Shown: positions 27,284 to 36,771 of the stretch, in pieces
Layout of the letters: every line of letters starts with the position of its first letter
How positions within the stretch are numbered: the first letter of the stretch is position 1
NCBI GenBank assembly: GCA_965207225.1
Contig: CBDBLV010000005.1
Coordinates: 1,952,001 to 2,016,000, forward strand
Direction: 5' to 3'
Length of the DNA stretch: 64,000 bases
Source: Dehalococcoidia bacterium
GTDB lineage: Bacteria; Chloroflexota; Dehalococcoidia; Plut-88900
Translations under genes and position numbers: made by a program
The notes under the pieces: model-generated
What the model saw: the letters and a program-made list of their open reading frames with translations, nothing else
What the model was told of the DNA's origin: nothing
The model's database searches: none

Positions 27284-29020
27284 ATGTCTTTATCCGACCA
27301 CCATCTGCTCGACACTCTCAGCCGGATGCCGTTTGTCGAATCGACGGAGCTGGCGCTCATCCTAGGCGAGCCCCACGCCACCGTCCACCGCAGGCTGTCC
27401 GAGCTGCTGGCCGACGGCCTCGCGGGGAAGGCCACCCACGGCACCGTCCACCTGCCCTCGAGCGGGAGGTATTTCATCACCGCCAAGGGCATCGGCGAGA
27501 CCGCCGAGGTCCTGGGTTTCGACACGCCCTCGGAGTTCGTGCGGGCTTACCCCATGTCCAGGGAGTGGCTGACGCTGCTCCTGCGCAGGATGGACTCGGT
27601 GGTCGCCGTCTACCGCCTGGCCGCCACCATGTCTCCCGGCTACGACGGGCGCAAGTCCCGCGTGGAGTTCCACCGCAGGGGACGCTTCGACGCCACCATC
27701 ACCCTCCACGACGGGCGAGACTTCGGCATCGTGCGCCAGGGCCTGGCCCTGCGCAGGCGTTCCCTCCACGACCGGCTGCGTACCCTAGCCCACTACGACG
27801 CCGGCCGCCGCCCGGACATCGTGCTCATCCTGGTTCCTAGTGTCTGGGAGCGGCGGCGGACGGGGAGGTTCTGCGAGGGGGTGTACCTGACGGACTTCTT
27901 CATCGCCGTGGAGTCCCGGTGGGCACTGGAACGGCGGGACCGCCGGGTCTGGCAGGAGACCACGGGGCTGTCCGGGCATTCGTACCTGACGCTGGAGCGG
28001 GTGATCTCCCGGGGCACGCCGGGCAGAAGACGAAGGCCCCTCACGGCGTCGCCGGAGCGGAAGCGAGCTTCCCTGCCCGACCCTGAACGCATGGTGGGGG
28101 ATTCGCCCGCCTTCGGTATCAGCCCCGCCGAGAAGCGGACGCTGGACCTGATCACCGACCACCCCATGATCCCCCGGGAGCACCTGGCGACCTGGCTGGG
28201 CGTCTCCGAGGGAAGGGTCAGCCAGATGATACGCAGCCTCGTGAAGACCTGGGGCCTCATCGAACGTCACGGCAAACGGGGCGAGGTGCGCTACACCCTG
28301 TCCGACGAGGGCATTCGCTACGTCACCCACCGGGACCGGGCCGAGCTTCCCACCACGCGGGGCATCTGGAGCACGGAGCTCACCACGGACAAGGAGGGAC
28401 GGCTACGACACACAGGCCACCGCATCGAGACGTGGGCGAGGCAGACGAAGCACGCCGACGGCATCACCTGGTTCCTCTCGAAGATGGCAGCCGAGGCCCG
28501 TGCCGACCCCGACAGCGCGCTGGTGTGGGTGGTGCCCACCGCCAGGTCCGACCGGGCCTACAACTGGGGCCGCTCCGCCATCGCCCCCGACGCCGTGGGG
28601 CAGCTGGTCGCCGGGGGCCATCCCGTGCCCTTCTACCTTGAACACGAGCTCAGAGCCCGCCACCCCAGGGGAGTCATGGCCCGCCTGGACCCCTACGAAG
28701 ACTACTACTGGTCGAATGAGCACAAAGAGGACCTGCCGCCGTACCCCGTCACCCTGTTCGTCGTGGACACCGAGGAGGTCGAGGAGACCTACCTCATTAC
28801 CGCCGGCCGGATGCACCGGATGTCGCTGCCCGTCCTGGCGTCCTGCACGCCCGTGTTGTCCACCACTGGGGTACTGGGGGAGTCCTGGCGCCCCCTGTGG
28901 GCGCCGTCCTCCCCCCGGCTGAGGCTGTCCCATCTGAGTGATTACGTCTACGACCCGCTGTACCACCGGATGCGTCCGACTCCTCCTGTAGGGGCGTCCA
29001 ATAGGAGGGGACATAGATAG
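27284..29020 (+). CDS. Replication-relaxation (Replic_Relax/MOBC-like) protein, copy 2
   Basis: Highly similar to 1203-2939. Confidence 0.7.
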   Translation: MSLSDHHLLDTLSRMPFVESTELALILGEPHATVHRRLSELLADGLAGKATHGTVHLPSSGRYFITAKGIGETAEVLGFDTPSEFVRAYPMSREWLTLLLRRMDSVVAVYRLAATMSPGYDGRKSRVEFHRRGRFDATITLHDGRDFGIVRQGLALRRRSLHDRLRTLAHYDAGRRPDIVLILVPSVWERRRTGRFCEGVYLTDFFIAVESRWALERRDRRVWQETTGLSGHSYLTLERVISRGTPGRRRRPLTASPERKRASLPDPERMVGDSPAFGISPAEKRTLDLITDHPMIPREHLATWLGVSEGRVSQMIRSLVKTWGLIERHGKRGEVRYTLSDEGIRYVTHRDRAELPTTRGIWSTELTTDKEGRLRHTGHRIETWARQTKHADGITWFLSKMAAEARADPDSALVWVVPTARSDRAYNWGRSAIAPDAVGQLVAGGHPVPFYLEHELRARHPRGVMARLDPYEDYYWSNEHKEDLPPYPVTLFVVDTEEVEETYLITAGRMHRMSLPVLASCTPVLSTTGVLGESWRPLWAPSSPRLRLSHLSDYVYDPLYHRMRPTPPVGASNRRGHR

Positions 29021-29201
29021 CGTCGATGCAACGCCATCTGCCCTCCCTGCTGTCTGGGGGCCGCAAAACGGTACAAGTTGTACATCTGGCGGGCTCCTGT
29101 GTCAATGCTAAGTTAGATTTGACCCTTTTCCGCTAAGTTAGAACTGACCCACCTTGTCGTTAAGTCGCCTCCTTTCTGGCAAGCAAGAGTGCCTGTTGGA
29201 T

Positions 29202-30005
29202 TTAGACGTCGCCGGAGCTAGCGGCTTCAGGCGATGTCGATAGCAGTTGATGGGAGGCGAAGAGTCCGGCCTGCCTCTTGCCTTTAAGCCGGTAGCTCTC
29301 GCCTCGGATGTTGAGGACGTGGCTGTGGTGCAGCAGCCGGTCCAGGATGGCCGAGGCGATGACGGTATCGCCCAGAAGCTCACCCCACTCGGCGAAGCCC
29401 TTGTTGGAGGTGAGGATGATGCTGCCCCGCTCATAGCGAGCCGACACCAGGGTGAAGAAGGCGGTGGAGGCGTCCCGGTCGTAAGGCCAGATGCCGAACT
29501 CGTCCACGATGAGTAGCTTGGGCGACAGGTAGACCCGCATGCGCCGTTGGAGGTTGTTCTCCACCCTGGCCTTCCTCAGGTCCTCCATCAGGTCGTAGGC
29601 TCGGACGAAGTAGGCCCCCTGGCTCTTCTCGATGGCCTTGAGCGCTAGGGCCACCGCCAGATGGGTCTTGCCCACACCTGGCGGTCCCAGGAGCAGCAGG
29701 TTGGTGGCTTCAGCGACGAAGGACAGGCCGGCCAGTTCCCGCACCTGTCGCTCGTCGATGGAGGGCTGGAACGAGAAGTCGAACTGCTCCAAGGTCCGGT
29801 GGAAGGGGAGGTGAGCCAGCTTCGTCCTGGTGGACATGTACCGCTCCTTCCGGGCGGCCACTTCCACGCCGAGTAGCTCTGCCAGCATCTCGGGGTAGGT
29901 CAGTTTCTTGGTGGCCGCAGCGTCCAGGGAGTTGTCCAGGGCTTCGACGGCCTGCTTGAGGCCCAGCGTCTCCAGGTGCTGGCGAGCCTGTTCCAGCGCG
30001 ATCAT
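29202..30005 (-). CDS. istB: IS21 helper ATPase
   Basis: GPPGVGKTHLA, LLIVDEFG, RYE.GSIILTSN, AILDRLLHH, GESYR. Confidence 0.97.
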   Translation of the reverse strand: MIALEQARQHLETLGLKQAVEALDNSLDAAATKKLTYPEMLAELLGVEVAARKERYMSTRTKLAHLPFHRTLEQFDFSFQPSIDERQVRELAGLSFVAEATNLLLLGPPGVGKTHLAVALALKAIEKSQGAYFVRAYDLMEDLRKARVENNLQRRMRVYLSPKLLIVDEFGIWPYDRDASTAFFTLVSARYERGSIILTSNKGFAEWGELLGDTVIASAILDRLLHHSHVLNIRGESYRLKGKRQAGLFASHQLLSTSPEAASSGDV

Positions 30006-31237
30006 CGCCCACCTCCCACCGCTGCCAACTCGTACACCTCCAGGGAGCGGCGCTCCACTTGGCCCACAGGGATCTGCACCGCCACGGCTTCCTTACGAGG
30101 ACGATCATCGCCGCCGGGCAGTCCGTCCCACTGGCCCGGCAGTGTGAGGCGCTGACCGGTCCGCTGGGCTTGGGGATGCACCGCCAGCCGCACGTCGCCC
30201 GACCAGACCTCCACCGTACCGGCCCGCACACCCACCTGGACCGTCGAACCCGCCCAGCTCCAGGGCACGCCGTAGCGAGACCTCTCCCAGTGGACGTAGC
30301 CGTCCCTGGCCACCTTCCGCTCCTCCCGCATGTAGGGCGCAAGGCCCGAACGCGGCGGCAGGCTGCCCAGGTGGGCGAGCTCCTCAGCCAGCATCTCTCG
30401 GGGGACCCGGTGCGTCGTCCCATGGACTCGCCGATTGGCCACCGCATCGCACCACTCCAGGGCCTGGCGGTTCATGTCTGCGTCGTCGGTGAAGCGGACA
30501 CCGGGCCACAGGTTGCCCCGGACGTACTTCACGCCGCTCTCCACCTTGCCCTTCGTCTGCGCTCGGTAGGGTCGGCACAGACGGAGGTCGAAGCCCATTC
30601 GCAGTGAGAAGTCCAGCATCCGGCTGTTCCACTCCGGCCTGCCCTCCCTGTCACGCCCCAGGACCACCACCTTGGCGTTGTCGTACAGGCAGCGGCGGGG
30701 AACACCACCGAAGTACTCGAAGGCGTTCAGATGGCACCTGATGAAGGTCGCCACGTCGGCGCGCCGGACGAACTCCACGTAGATGGTCCGAGACCAGCTC
30801 AGCACCATCACGAAGGCCCAGACCCGGTGCTTGCGCCCGTCCTCTCCGACATAGGCGAAGCTGCCCCAGTCCACCTGTGCCTGCTCGCCTGGCGCCGTCT
30901 CGAACCGCACCGTCGCACGGGGCTGACGCGGCCGACGCCGAGGCCGCACGTAGTTGGTCAGCGTCGGATAGCTGCCGTCGTAGCCCAACTCCCGGATCTC
31001 CCGCAGCAGCACCACGCAGTTGTCCACTCCCGCCGACAGCCGACCATCTATGTGACCCTTGTATGGGTCCAGCTTCGACCCCTGCTTCTCTCGCCGCTTG
31101 GCCTTGGGCACCTCGTCGGAGCGCACGTACTTGCGCACGGTGTTCCGGGAAATCCCCAACTCCCTCGATATCCCTCGGATCGAGCTTCCATCGCCCTTCA
31201 ACTCGTATAACTCTCTCACTAACCCACCTCCTATCAT
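30002..31237 (-). CDS. istA: IS21 DDE transposase
   Basis: N-terminal HTH, RFET.PGEQAQVDWG, YDN.K, KGKVE, N.R.H.T. Confidence 0.97.
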   Translation of the reverse strand: MIGGGLVRELYELKGDGSSIRGISRELGISRNTVRKYVRSDEVPKAKRREKQGSKLDPYKGHIDGRLSAGVDNCVVLLREIRELGYDGSYPTLTNYVRPRRRPRQPRATVRFETAPGEQAQVDWGSFAYVGEDGRKHRVWAFVMVLSWSRTIYVEFVRRADVATFIRCHLNAFEYFGGVPRRCLYDNAKVVVLGRDREGRPEWNSRMLDFSLRMGFDLRLCRPYRAQTKGKVESGVKYVRGNLWPGVRFTDDADMNRQALEWCDAVANRRVHGTTHRVPREMLAEELAHLGSLPPRSGLAPYMREERKVARDGYVHWERSRYGVPWSWAGSTVQVGVRAGTVEVWSGDVRLAVHPQAQRTGQRLTLPGQWDGLPGGDDRPRKEAVAVQIPVGQVERRSLEVYELAAVGGGR

Positions 31238-31359
31238 TTGACTTGCTGCACCTCCTAATCGGTTTCCCGACGAAGATGCGTCCGCTATCGGGGTGGGTCA
31301 ATTCCAAATTAGCGCTACTGGGTCAGTTTAGAGTTAGCACTAACACCTGAAATACCCAA

Positions 31360-31770
31360 GACCGGTCATATTCCCCTAATTCAACTACAAAAGGGGCTGC
31401 AACGTCCTCGACCGGTCAACGGTAAAAAAAGCAAGTTGGGGAGAAGCTGTGATAAAGTTAGGGCGCTCTCCGGAGACGCCGGAATTGCACTTTTACCACC
31501 CTGACCGGTCAGCCGATCATGGGGGATGTAGGTACGGATGCGGGTCTGAAGCGTCTATGAGGAGCAAAACCGTCGCTTCGGCGGCGTCCGCGGCCCATGC
31601 TGGACCACCGGATATTGCAGGAATTGAGGTGGGGGTGCATGACGCGAAATAGGATGGGTAGGAGCGGACATTTCGGGCCACGCAGGTTTGTATTTGTGCA
31701 ACATTTCGGGGGTTTGGCCGAAAATGGTGACCGGTCGCTGTCAAGGACCGGTTCCACCGAAAATTGCAGA
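31360..31770 (+). promoter_or_regulatory. Conserved cis region of A2
   Basis: GACCGGTC at 31360, 31410, 31503, 31729; TTGAGGTGGGGGTGCATGACGCG at 31624-31646. Confidence 0.55.
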
Positions 31771-31797
31771 AGCGGCCCACCCCGATAGAAGGCGAAT

Positions 31798-32235
31798 ATG
31801 ACATCTCGGAAGCTGACGGAGAGATCGAGGGCCGGAGACGGCAAGCCCGACCAGAAGTGGGTCGTGGAGTACCTCGTACAGCGGGAGGGTCAGCGCAGGA
31901 CGGCGGCCCTCCTGGGGGTGAACCGGAAGACGGTGGCGCTGGCGCTGGGCCGTGAGCGGCTGACGGGGAGGATGGCCCTGGCCGTGCAGCGGTTCATGGC
32001 CGGCCTGGACGATCCCGACGGGGAACTGGCGACGCCCCTGGACAGGCTGGAGGCGAGGATGCGGCGTGTGATCAAGGCCGTGGATGATCTCAGGGAGCGC
32101 GTGGATGACCTGACGGAGCGCGTGGAGGCCCTAGAGGCGGTGCAGCAGGAGCCCGATACCGAGGGCCGGGGGCTGGGCCTGTTCGACTGGTGGCGGCGGC
32201 GCAGGCCGCAGGGTGAGAACGAGAGACATGGCTGA
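31798..32235 (+). CDS. HTH + coiled-coil protein, copy 2
   Basis: Translation identical to 3470-3907. Confidence 0.65.
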   Translation: MTSRKLTERSRAGDGKPDQKWVVEYLVQREGQRRTAALLGVNRKTVALALGRERLTGRMALAVQRFMAGLDDPDGELATPLDRLEARMRRVIKAVDDLRERVDDLTERVEALEAVQQEPDTEGRGLGLFDWWRRRRPQGENERHG

Positions 32236-32662
32236 GCGGGTGCGCTGGATTACGAAGGCGGAGGCGGCGCGGGAGATGGAGGTCTCCATTTCGACGCTGG
32301 ACCGGATGATACGGCGTGGAGAGGTCGAGGTGCGCAGGGAGGGCCGGAGGGTCTACGTGGAGATGGAGGGGCCGGAGCGGGTGAGCGACGAGGAGCTGCT
32401 GCGTCGGGCTATTGGGCGGGAGGACAGGCTTCAACGGAGGCTGGTGAAGCTGGACCAACGGGCGCAGGCGTTGGAGCGGGAGCGGGACGAGGCCGTGTAC
32501 GCCGCATCCGCCGACCGGCAGGCGCTAGAGGAGGTGGAGGAGGCGTATCAGAAGGAGCGGGCCGCCCGGAGAAGGATGAGGCGGTTGGCCGTCAGGCTTG
32601 GGTTGGCCGTGGTCGTGTTGCTAGCCGTCGTGGGCCTGCTCGTGTGGCGGCTGGTGGCATAG
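32228..32662 (+). CDS. Excisionase-like HTH/coiled-coil/TM protein, copy 2
   Basis: Translation identical to 3900-4334. Confidence 0.7.
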   Translation: MAERVRWITKAEAAREMEVSISTLDRMIRRGEVEVRREGRRVYVEMEGPERVSDEELLRRAIGREDRLQRRLVKLDQRAQALERERDEAVYAASADRQALEEVEEAYQKERAARRRMRRLAVRLGLAVVVLLAVVGLLVWRLVA

Positions 32663-32672
32663 GGTATAGCGC

Positions 32673-35351
32673 ATGGCCGGAGATGACATCGGACACCAGA
32701 TACGCATCGCCGCCGAGAGCACTAGGCTCTACCGCCTATTCGCTGTTGGACCGACGCGTGTGTCGCTGACCGACGAAACGCTCACCTTCGAGGGACGCCT
32801 GGGTGGAGCATCCGACGAGGTGCCCGTCGGAGCCATCGACTCAATCACGGTCTCACCATCGTTGTTGTGGCATCGGCTGACCATACAGTTGGGAGATGGG
32901 ACCGAGCGGTCAGTTGGAGGACTTGACGAGAGCAGAGCTGCACGGGTCCGGGACGCGGTGTTGGCGAGCACCGTCGAGGTCGCCAAGGCTTTGAGCCCTG
33001 AATTGAAGTGGCTCGATGAGCAGGTTCGACAACACTTCGCCGCCGACCGCTACGCCCGATACAGCGACTGCCGGAAGCTTCACGAGTCTCTAGCGCCGGT
33101 TCTACGGCAATGCAAGGCACTCACCCGTGGACGCCTGAACCAAGAAGCGTCAGAGACGGCGGAGCGGCTTTCGCCCCTAGAATCGGTTGCGGGGTTCGAG
33201 GCGGCAAGAAGGCGTGCGAACAGCCTGTTCATTTCCAACGCCAAGCCCTCCGTACAGCAAGCCGCATCCGAGACGCTGGGTAACCCTCTCACGGATGAAC
33301 AGGCCGAAGCCGTCGCCACCGACGAGGACGCGACCCTTGTGCTGGCGGGCGCGGGAACGGGCAAGACCGCGGTCATCGTCGGCAAGGTCGCCCATGTCGT
33401 TCACAATTTGGGTGTTCGCCCGAACGAGGTGCTGGTCCTGGCATTCAACCGCAAGGCGGCCGATGAGATACGGGGACGGCTCAAGGGCGACCTCTCCGCA
33501 GCGCACGTCCACACCTTCCACAGCTTCGGTCGCCGCGTCATAGCCGAGTCCGAGTCCGCTCCCACCATATCGAAGCTGGCCGAGGACGAACTGGCGCTGA
33601 GGCGCGCAGTTGACAACATCATCGGCGAGCTACTCAACGACCTGGAGCAGTCGAGGGCTGTGATCGACTTCATCGTCTACCACCACGCGCCCTACAGATC
33701 GGCCTTCGAGTTCGACACCCTTGACCAGTACGAGGAGTACGTCCGCGAAGTCGATTTGCGGACCCTGAGCGGGGATCTGGTCAAGAGTTTCGAGGAACTG
33801 TCCATCGCGAACTACCTGACGGAACACGGCGTCGAGTTCCGGTACGAAGACCTGTACGAGACAGCGACGGCGACGAACCAACACAGGCAGTACCAGCCGG
33901 ATTTCTTCCTGCCCGGCCACGACATCTACATCGAGCACTTCGCACTCAACGAACATGGACGCCCTCCCCCCGGCTGGAGAGGGTACGTGGAGGGCGTCGA
34001 GTGGAAGAGGAACATCCACCGTCAACACGGCTCGACGCTGGTGGAGACCTACAGCTGGCAACACCGGCGGGGCATCCTGCTTGAGACGCTGCGCAAGCGC
34101 CTCGAAGAGGCAGGGGTTAGCTTCGAGCAGGTACCTCGCCAAACCCTGGTGCGGCAACTCGGCCAGGAGCAGACGTCGTCGCTGGCGGGGCTGCTGGCGA
34201 CCTTCCTGAATCACGCCAAGAGCGGCGGCCTCTCGTCCGAGACGCTTCGCAGCCGAGCCCGTGAGAGAGGAGACCGCCGGCGCAACGGTAGCTTCCTTGC
34301 CGTTTTCGAGCAGGTGCGCGACCGCTACCAGAAGCTGCTCTCGGACCAAGGGGAGCTGGACTTCCACGACCTCATCAACGTCGCCGCAGGGCATATCCGT
34401 GAGGGCCGATGGAAGTCTCAGTATCGTTACGTTCTGGTGGATGAGTTCCAGGACATATCCGCAGGTAGGATGGCGCTCATACACGCCCTCCGGGGCCAGG
34501 ACGTAGCCTACTTCCTGGTGGGAGACGACTGGCAGTCGATCTACAGGTTCGCGGGGAGCGACGTCGGTCTCCTGCGGGATTGCGGCGACCTGCTCGGCCA
34601 CGTGGAGGAGCGGACGCTGAGCCGGACCTTCCGGTTCGCCGACGGCATACTCGGCCCCTCGACCGAGTTTGTGAAGCGGAACCCGGAGCAGACCCAGAGA
34701 CCCTTGCTGTCCGCCAGCGGAGCGGAGGACGAGGGCGTCACCATCGTCGCCGACGCCAGTCCCGCTGGCGGCGTTGCTCGGGCGTTGCAGGACATCGAGG
34801 CAAGGGCGCAGGGTGAGCCTCGCAGCGTCCTTGCGCTGGGGCGCTACCGGCAGGGCCGCGAGGTGGTCCAGTCGATTCGGCGGAGCAGGTCGCTACGAGT
34901 GGAGTTCAGCACGGTTCATGGAGCGAAGGGCCGCGAGGCCGACTACGTGATCCTGCTCGACCTCAACGACGGTCGTTATGGGTTCCCTTCGAAGGTGGAG
35001 GACGATCCGCTGCTGGAGCTCGTGCTGCCCCCGGTCTCGGGGGGAGCTTATCCATTTGCGGAGGAGAGGCGTCTCTTCTACGTGGCGATGACCCGGGCGC
35101 GGAACGGCGCATACCTGGTGACCGACCCTGTGCGGCCATCCCAGTTTGTGACGGAACTGTTAAGGGAATCCGACGACCTGCGGCAGATCGGCGAACTCGC
35201 GACGAAGTGTCCGCGTTGCGGCAGGGGCGTGCTCCAGGTGATCAATGGCAGGCGCGGCCGCTTCTGGGGCTGCACTGGGTACCGGTCCACGCCGCCATGC
35301 CGATACACCAAGGACATTGAGGGAGAAACCGCCCATAGAGGGCGGGAATAG
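32673..35351 (+). CDS. UvrD/helicase IV-like helicase, copy 2
   Basis: Same as 4345-7023 apart from a cluster of substitutions around residues 515-650. Confidence 0.9.
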   Translation: MAGDDIGHQIRIAAESTRLYRLFAVGPTRVSLTDETLTFEGRLGGASDEVPVGAIDSITVSPSLLWHRLTIQLGDGTERSVGGLDESRAARVRDAVLASTVEVAKALSPELKWLDEQVRQHFAADRYARYSDCRKLHESLAPVLRQCKALTRGRLNQEASETAERLSPLESVAGFEAARRRANSLFISNAKPSVQQAASETLGNPLTDEQAEAVATDEDATLVLAGAGTGKTAVIVGKVAHVVHNLGVRPNEVLVLAFNRKAADEIRGRLKGDLSAAHVHTFHSFGRRVIAESESAPTISKLAEDELALRRAVDNIIGELLNDLEQSRAVIDFIVYHHAPYRSAFEFDTLDQYEEYVREVDLRTLSGDLVKSFEELSIANYLTEHGVEFRYEDLYETATATNQHRQYQPDFFLPGHDIYIEHFALNEHGRPPPGWRGYVEGVEWKRNIHRQHGSTLVETYSWQHRRGILLETLRKRLEEAGVSFEQVPRQTLVRQLGQEQTSSLAGLLATFLNHAKSGGLSSETLRSRARERGDRRRNGSFLAVFEQVRDRYQKLLSDQGELDFHDLINVAAGHIREGRWKSQYRYVLVDEFQDISAGRMALIHALRGQDVAYFLVGDDWQSIYRFAGSDVGLLRDCGDLLGHVEERTLSRTFRFADGILGPSTEFVKRNPEQTQRPLLSASGAEDEGVTIVADASPAGGVARALQDIEARAQGEPRSVLALGRYRQGREVVQSIRRSRSLRVEFSTVHGAKGREADYVILLDLNDGRYGFPSKVEDDPLLELVLPPVSGGAYPFAEERRLFYVAMTRARNGAYLVTDPVRPSQFVTELLRESDDLRQIGELATKCPRCGRGVLQVINGRRGRFWGCTGYRSTPPCRYTKDIEGETAHRGRE

Positions 35352-35533
35352 CCGGGAAGAGGAACCCGCCTTCTTCCGACACTTTGGACTCTCCTTTAGC
35401 GTCCTGCCCGCACGATTTGCAGGCCCTCTAGCGATGCCGTAGTGTCGGATGTCCCTTGCGCCCTAGGTATCCTATGGCCTACAATTGGGGAGGTGGGCAA
35501 ACTCCACCAAACCGATGACCACGGGGGGTTGAG

Positions 35534-36373
35534 ATGATAAGAAGGCGTTTGAGCCTATTGGCCCTATTCGCGATAGTCACCGCGATGCTGGCTGTAGCCT
35601 GCACTGACGATTCGTCCGACTTCGAGGAAGCGGTGATGCAAGAGTTGACCGTCATTAGCGCGACGACGGACCAGCTATCCCAATCGTCGGAACAGGCGCA
35701 GTCTGCGTCTGCTGATGGGGGCATCCTGGTGACCGGCGAGGGACACCTCAGCGTGGAGCCGGACTTGGCGATGGTGTACATCGGCATCGAGGCTCAGTCA
35801 GAGACGGTCTCTCAGGCCAGGACCGATGCTGCTGAGGCAATGTCGAGGGTTGCGGCAGCCGTCAGGGCGCGGGGCCTGTCTGACGCGGACATTCAGACCG
35901 TATCGTTCGATATCAGGCCGGAGTACCGGTACGAGGAGATCGAACAGGATGGCAGCTATGTGGCGAGGCGGAAGTTCGTCGGCTACGTCGTCAGCAACTT
36001 TGCCTCAATCAAGGTGCGCGACCTGGACGCCGTCGGACCCGTCATCGACGATGTGGCGGAGGCCGGAGGCGATCTCGCCAGAATCGATGGGGTCAGTTTC
36101 ACGGTGGAGGACCCGAACCCCTTCATGGAGGAACTCAGAAGGGAGGCTTTTGAGGAGGCGAAGGCCAAGGCCGAGCAGCTTGCGGACTTGGCTGGCGTCA
36201 GACTGGGGCAGGCCCAGTCCATTAGCGAGTCAGTCGCATCGGACGGACTGACTGGCACCACTTTTGGATTGCGCGAATTCACATTCGTAGACTCTGAAAG
36301 CTTCACCCCCATCAGCGGCGGGGAGACGGAGCTTCGTCTGACGGTCATAGCCCAGTTTGACATAGAGCCGTAG
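35534..36373 (+). CDS. SIMPL domain (DUF541) lipoprotein, divergent allele
   Basis: Lipobox LAVAC; homologous to 7203-8051 with many substitutions. Confidence 0.85.
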   Translation: MIRRRLSLLALFAIVTAMLAVACTDDSSDFEEAVMQELTVISATTDQLSQSSEQAQSASADGGILVTGEGHLSVEPDLAMVYIGIEAQSETVSQARTDAAEAMSRVAAAVRARGLSDADIQTVSFDIRPEYRYEEIEQDGSYVARRKFVGYVVSNFASIKVRDLDAVGPVIDDVAEAGGDLARIDGVSFTVEDPNPFMEELRREAFEEAKAKAEQLADLAGVRLGQAQSISESVASDGLTGTTFGLREFTFVDSESFTPISGGETELRLTVIAQFDIEP

Positions 36374-36712
36374 ATGGACGTGGCAGACGCAAGGACGGCG
36401 GCAATGGCAAGGACGACGACCAAGCAATGGGATCCGGCGAAGCATCTGGAAACCGCAGAGGAGATGGCAGCCTACCTGAGCGCCGCCTTCGAAGAGGACG
36501 ACGTGCGGTTGATCCTGGCAACGCTGGGGGACATCGCCCGCGTCCGGAGGATGGCGGTGGTGGCGCAGGAGACGGGGCTGGGCAGGGAGAGCCTCTACAA
36601 GTCGCTGTCCGCCGACGGCAACCCGGAGTTCGTCACCATCTTGAAGGTGATGCGCGCCGTGGGACTCAGACTTCAGGTCGCAGTGGTGCCTGGAGCGAAC
36701 GACGCCGCCTGA
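36374..36712 (+). CDS. HI1420-like antidote protein, copy 2
   Basis: Same as 8052-8390 except the N-terminus. Confidence 0.85.
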   Translation: MDVADARTAAMARTTTKQWDPAKHLETAEEMAAYLSAAFEEDDVRLILATLGDIARVRRMAVVAQETGLGRESLYKSLSADGNPEFVTILKVMRAVGLRLQVAVVPGANDAA

Positions 36713-36771
36713 GAGCGTCGCAGTGACGGACGACACGACTGAGGGAACAGACGATTCCAGAGGAGGACGAC

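Larger units (their letters stand above)
29100..31345 (-). mobile_element. IS21-family insertion sequence (2246 bp) with 4-bp target duplication CCTG
   Basis: TGT...ACA ends, imperfect IRs with repeated GCTAA...TGACCC units, CCTG at 29096-29099 and 31346-31349; absent from the homologous site in A1 (~3015). Confidence 0.95.
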
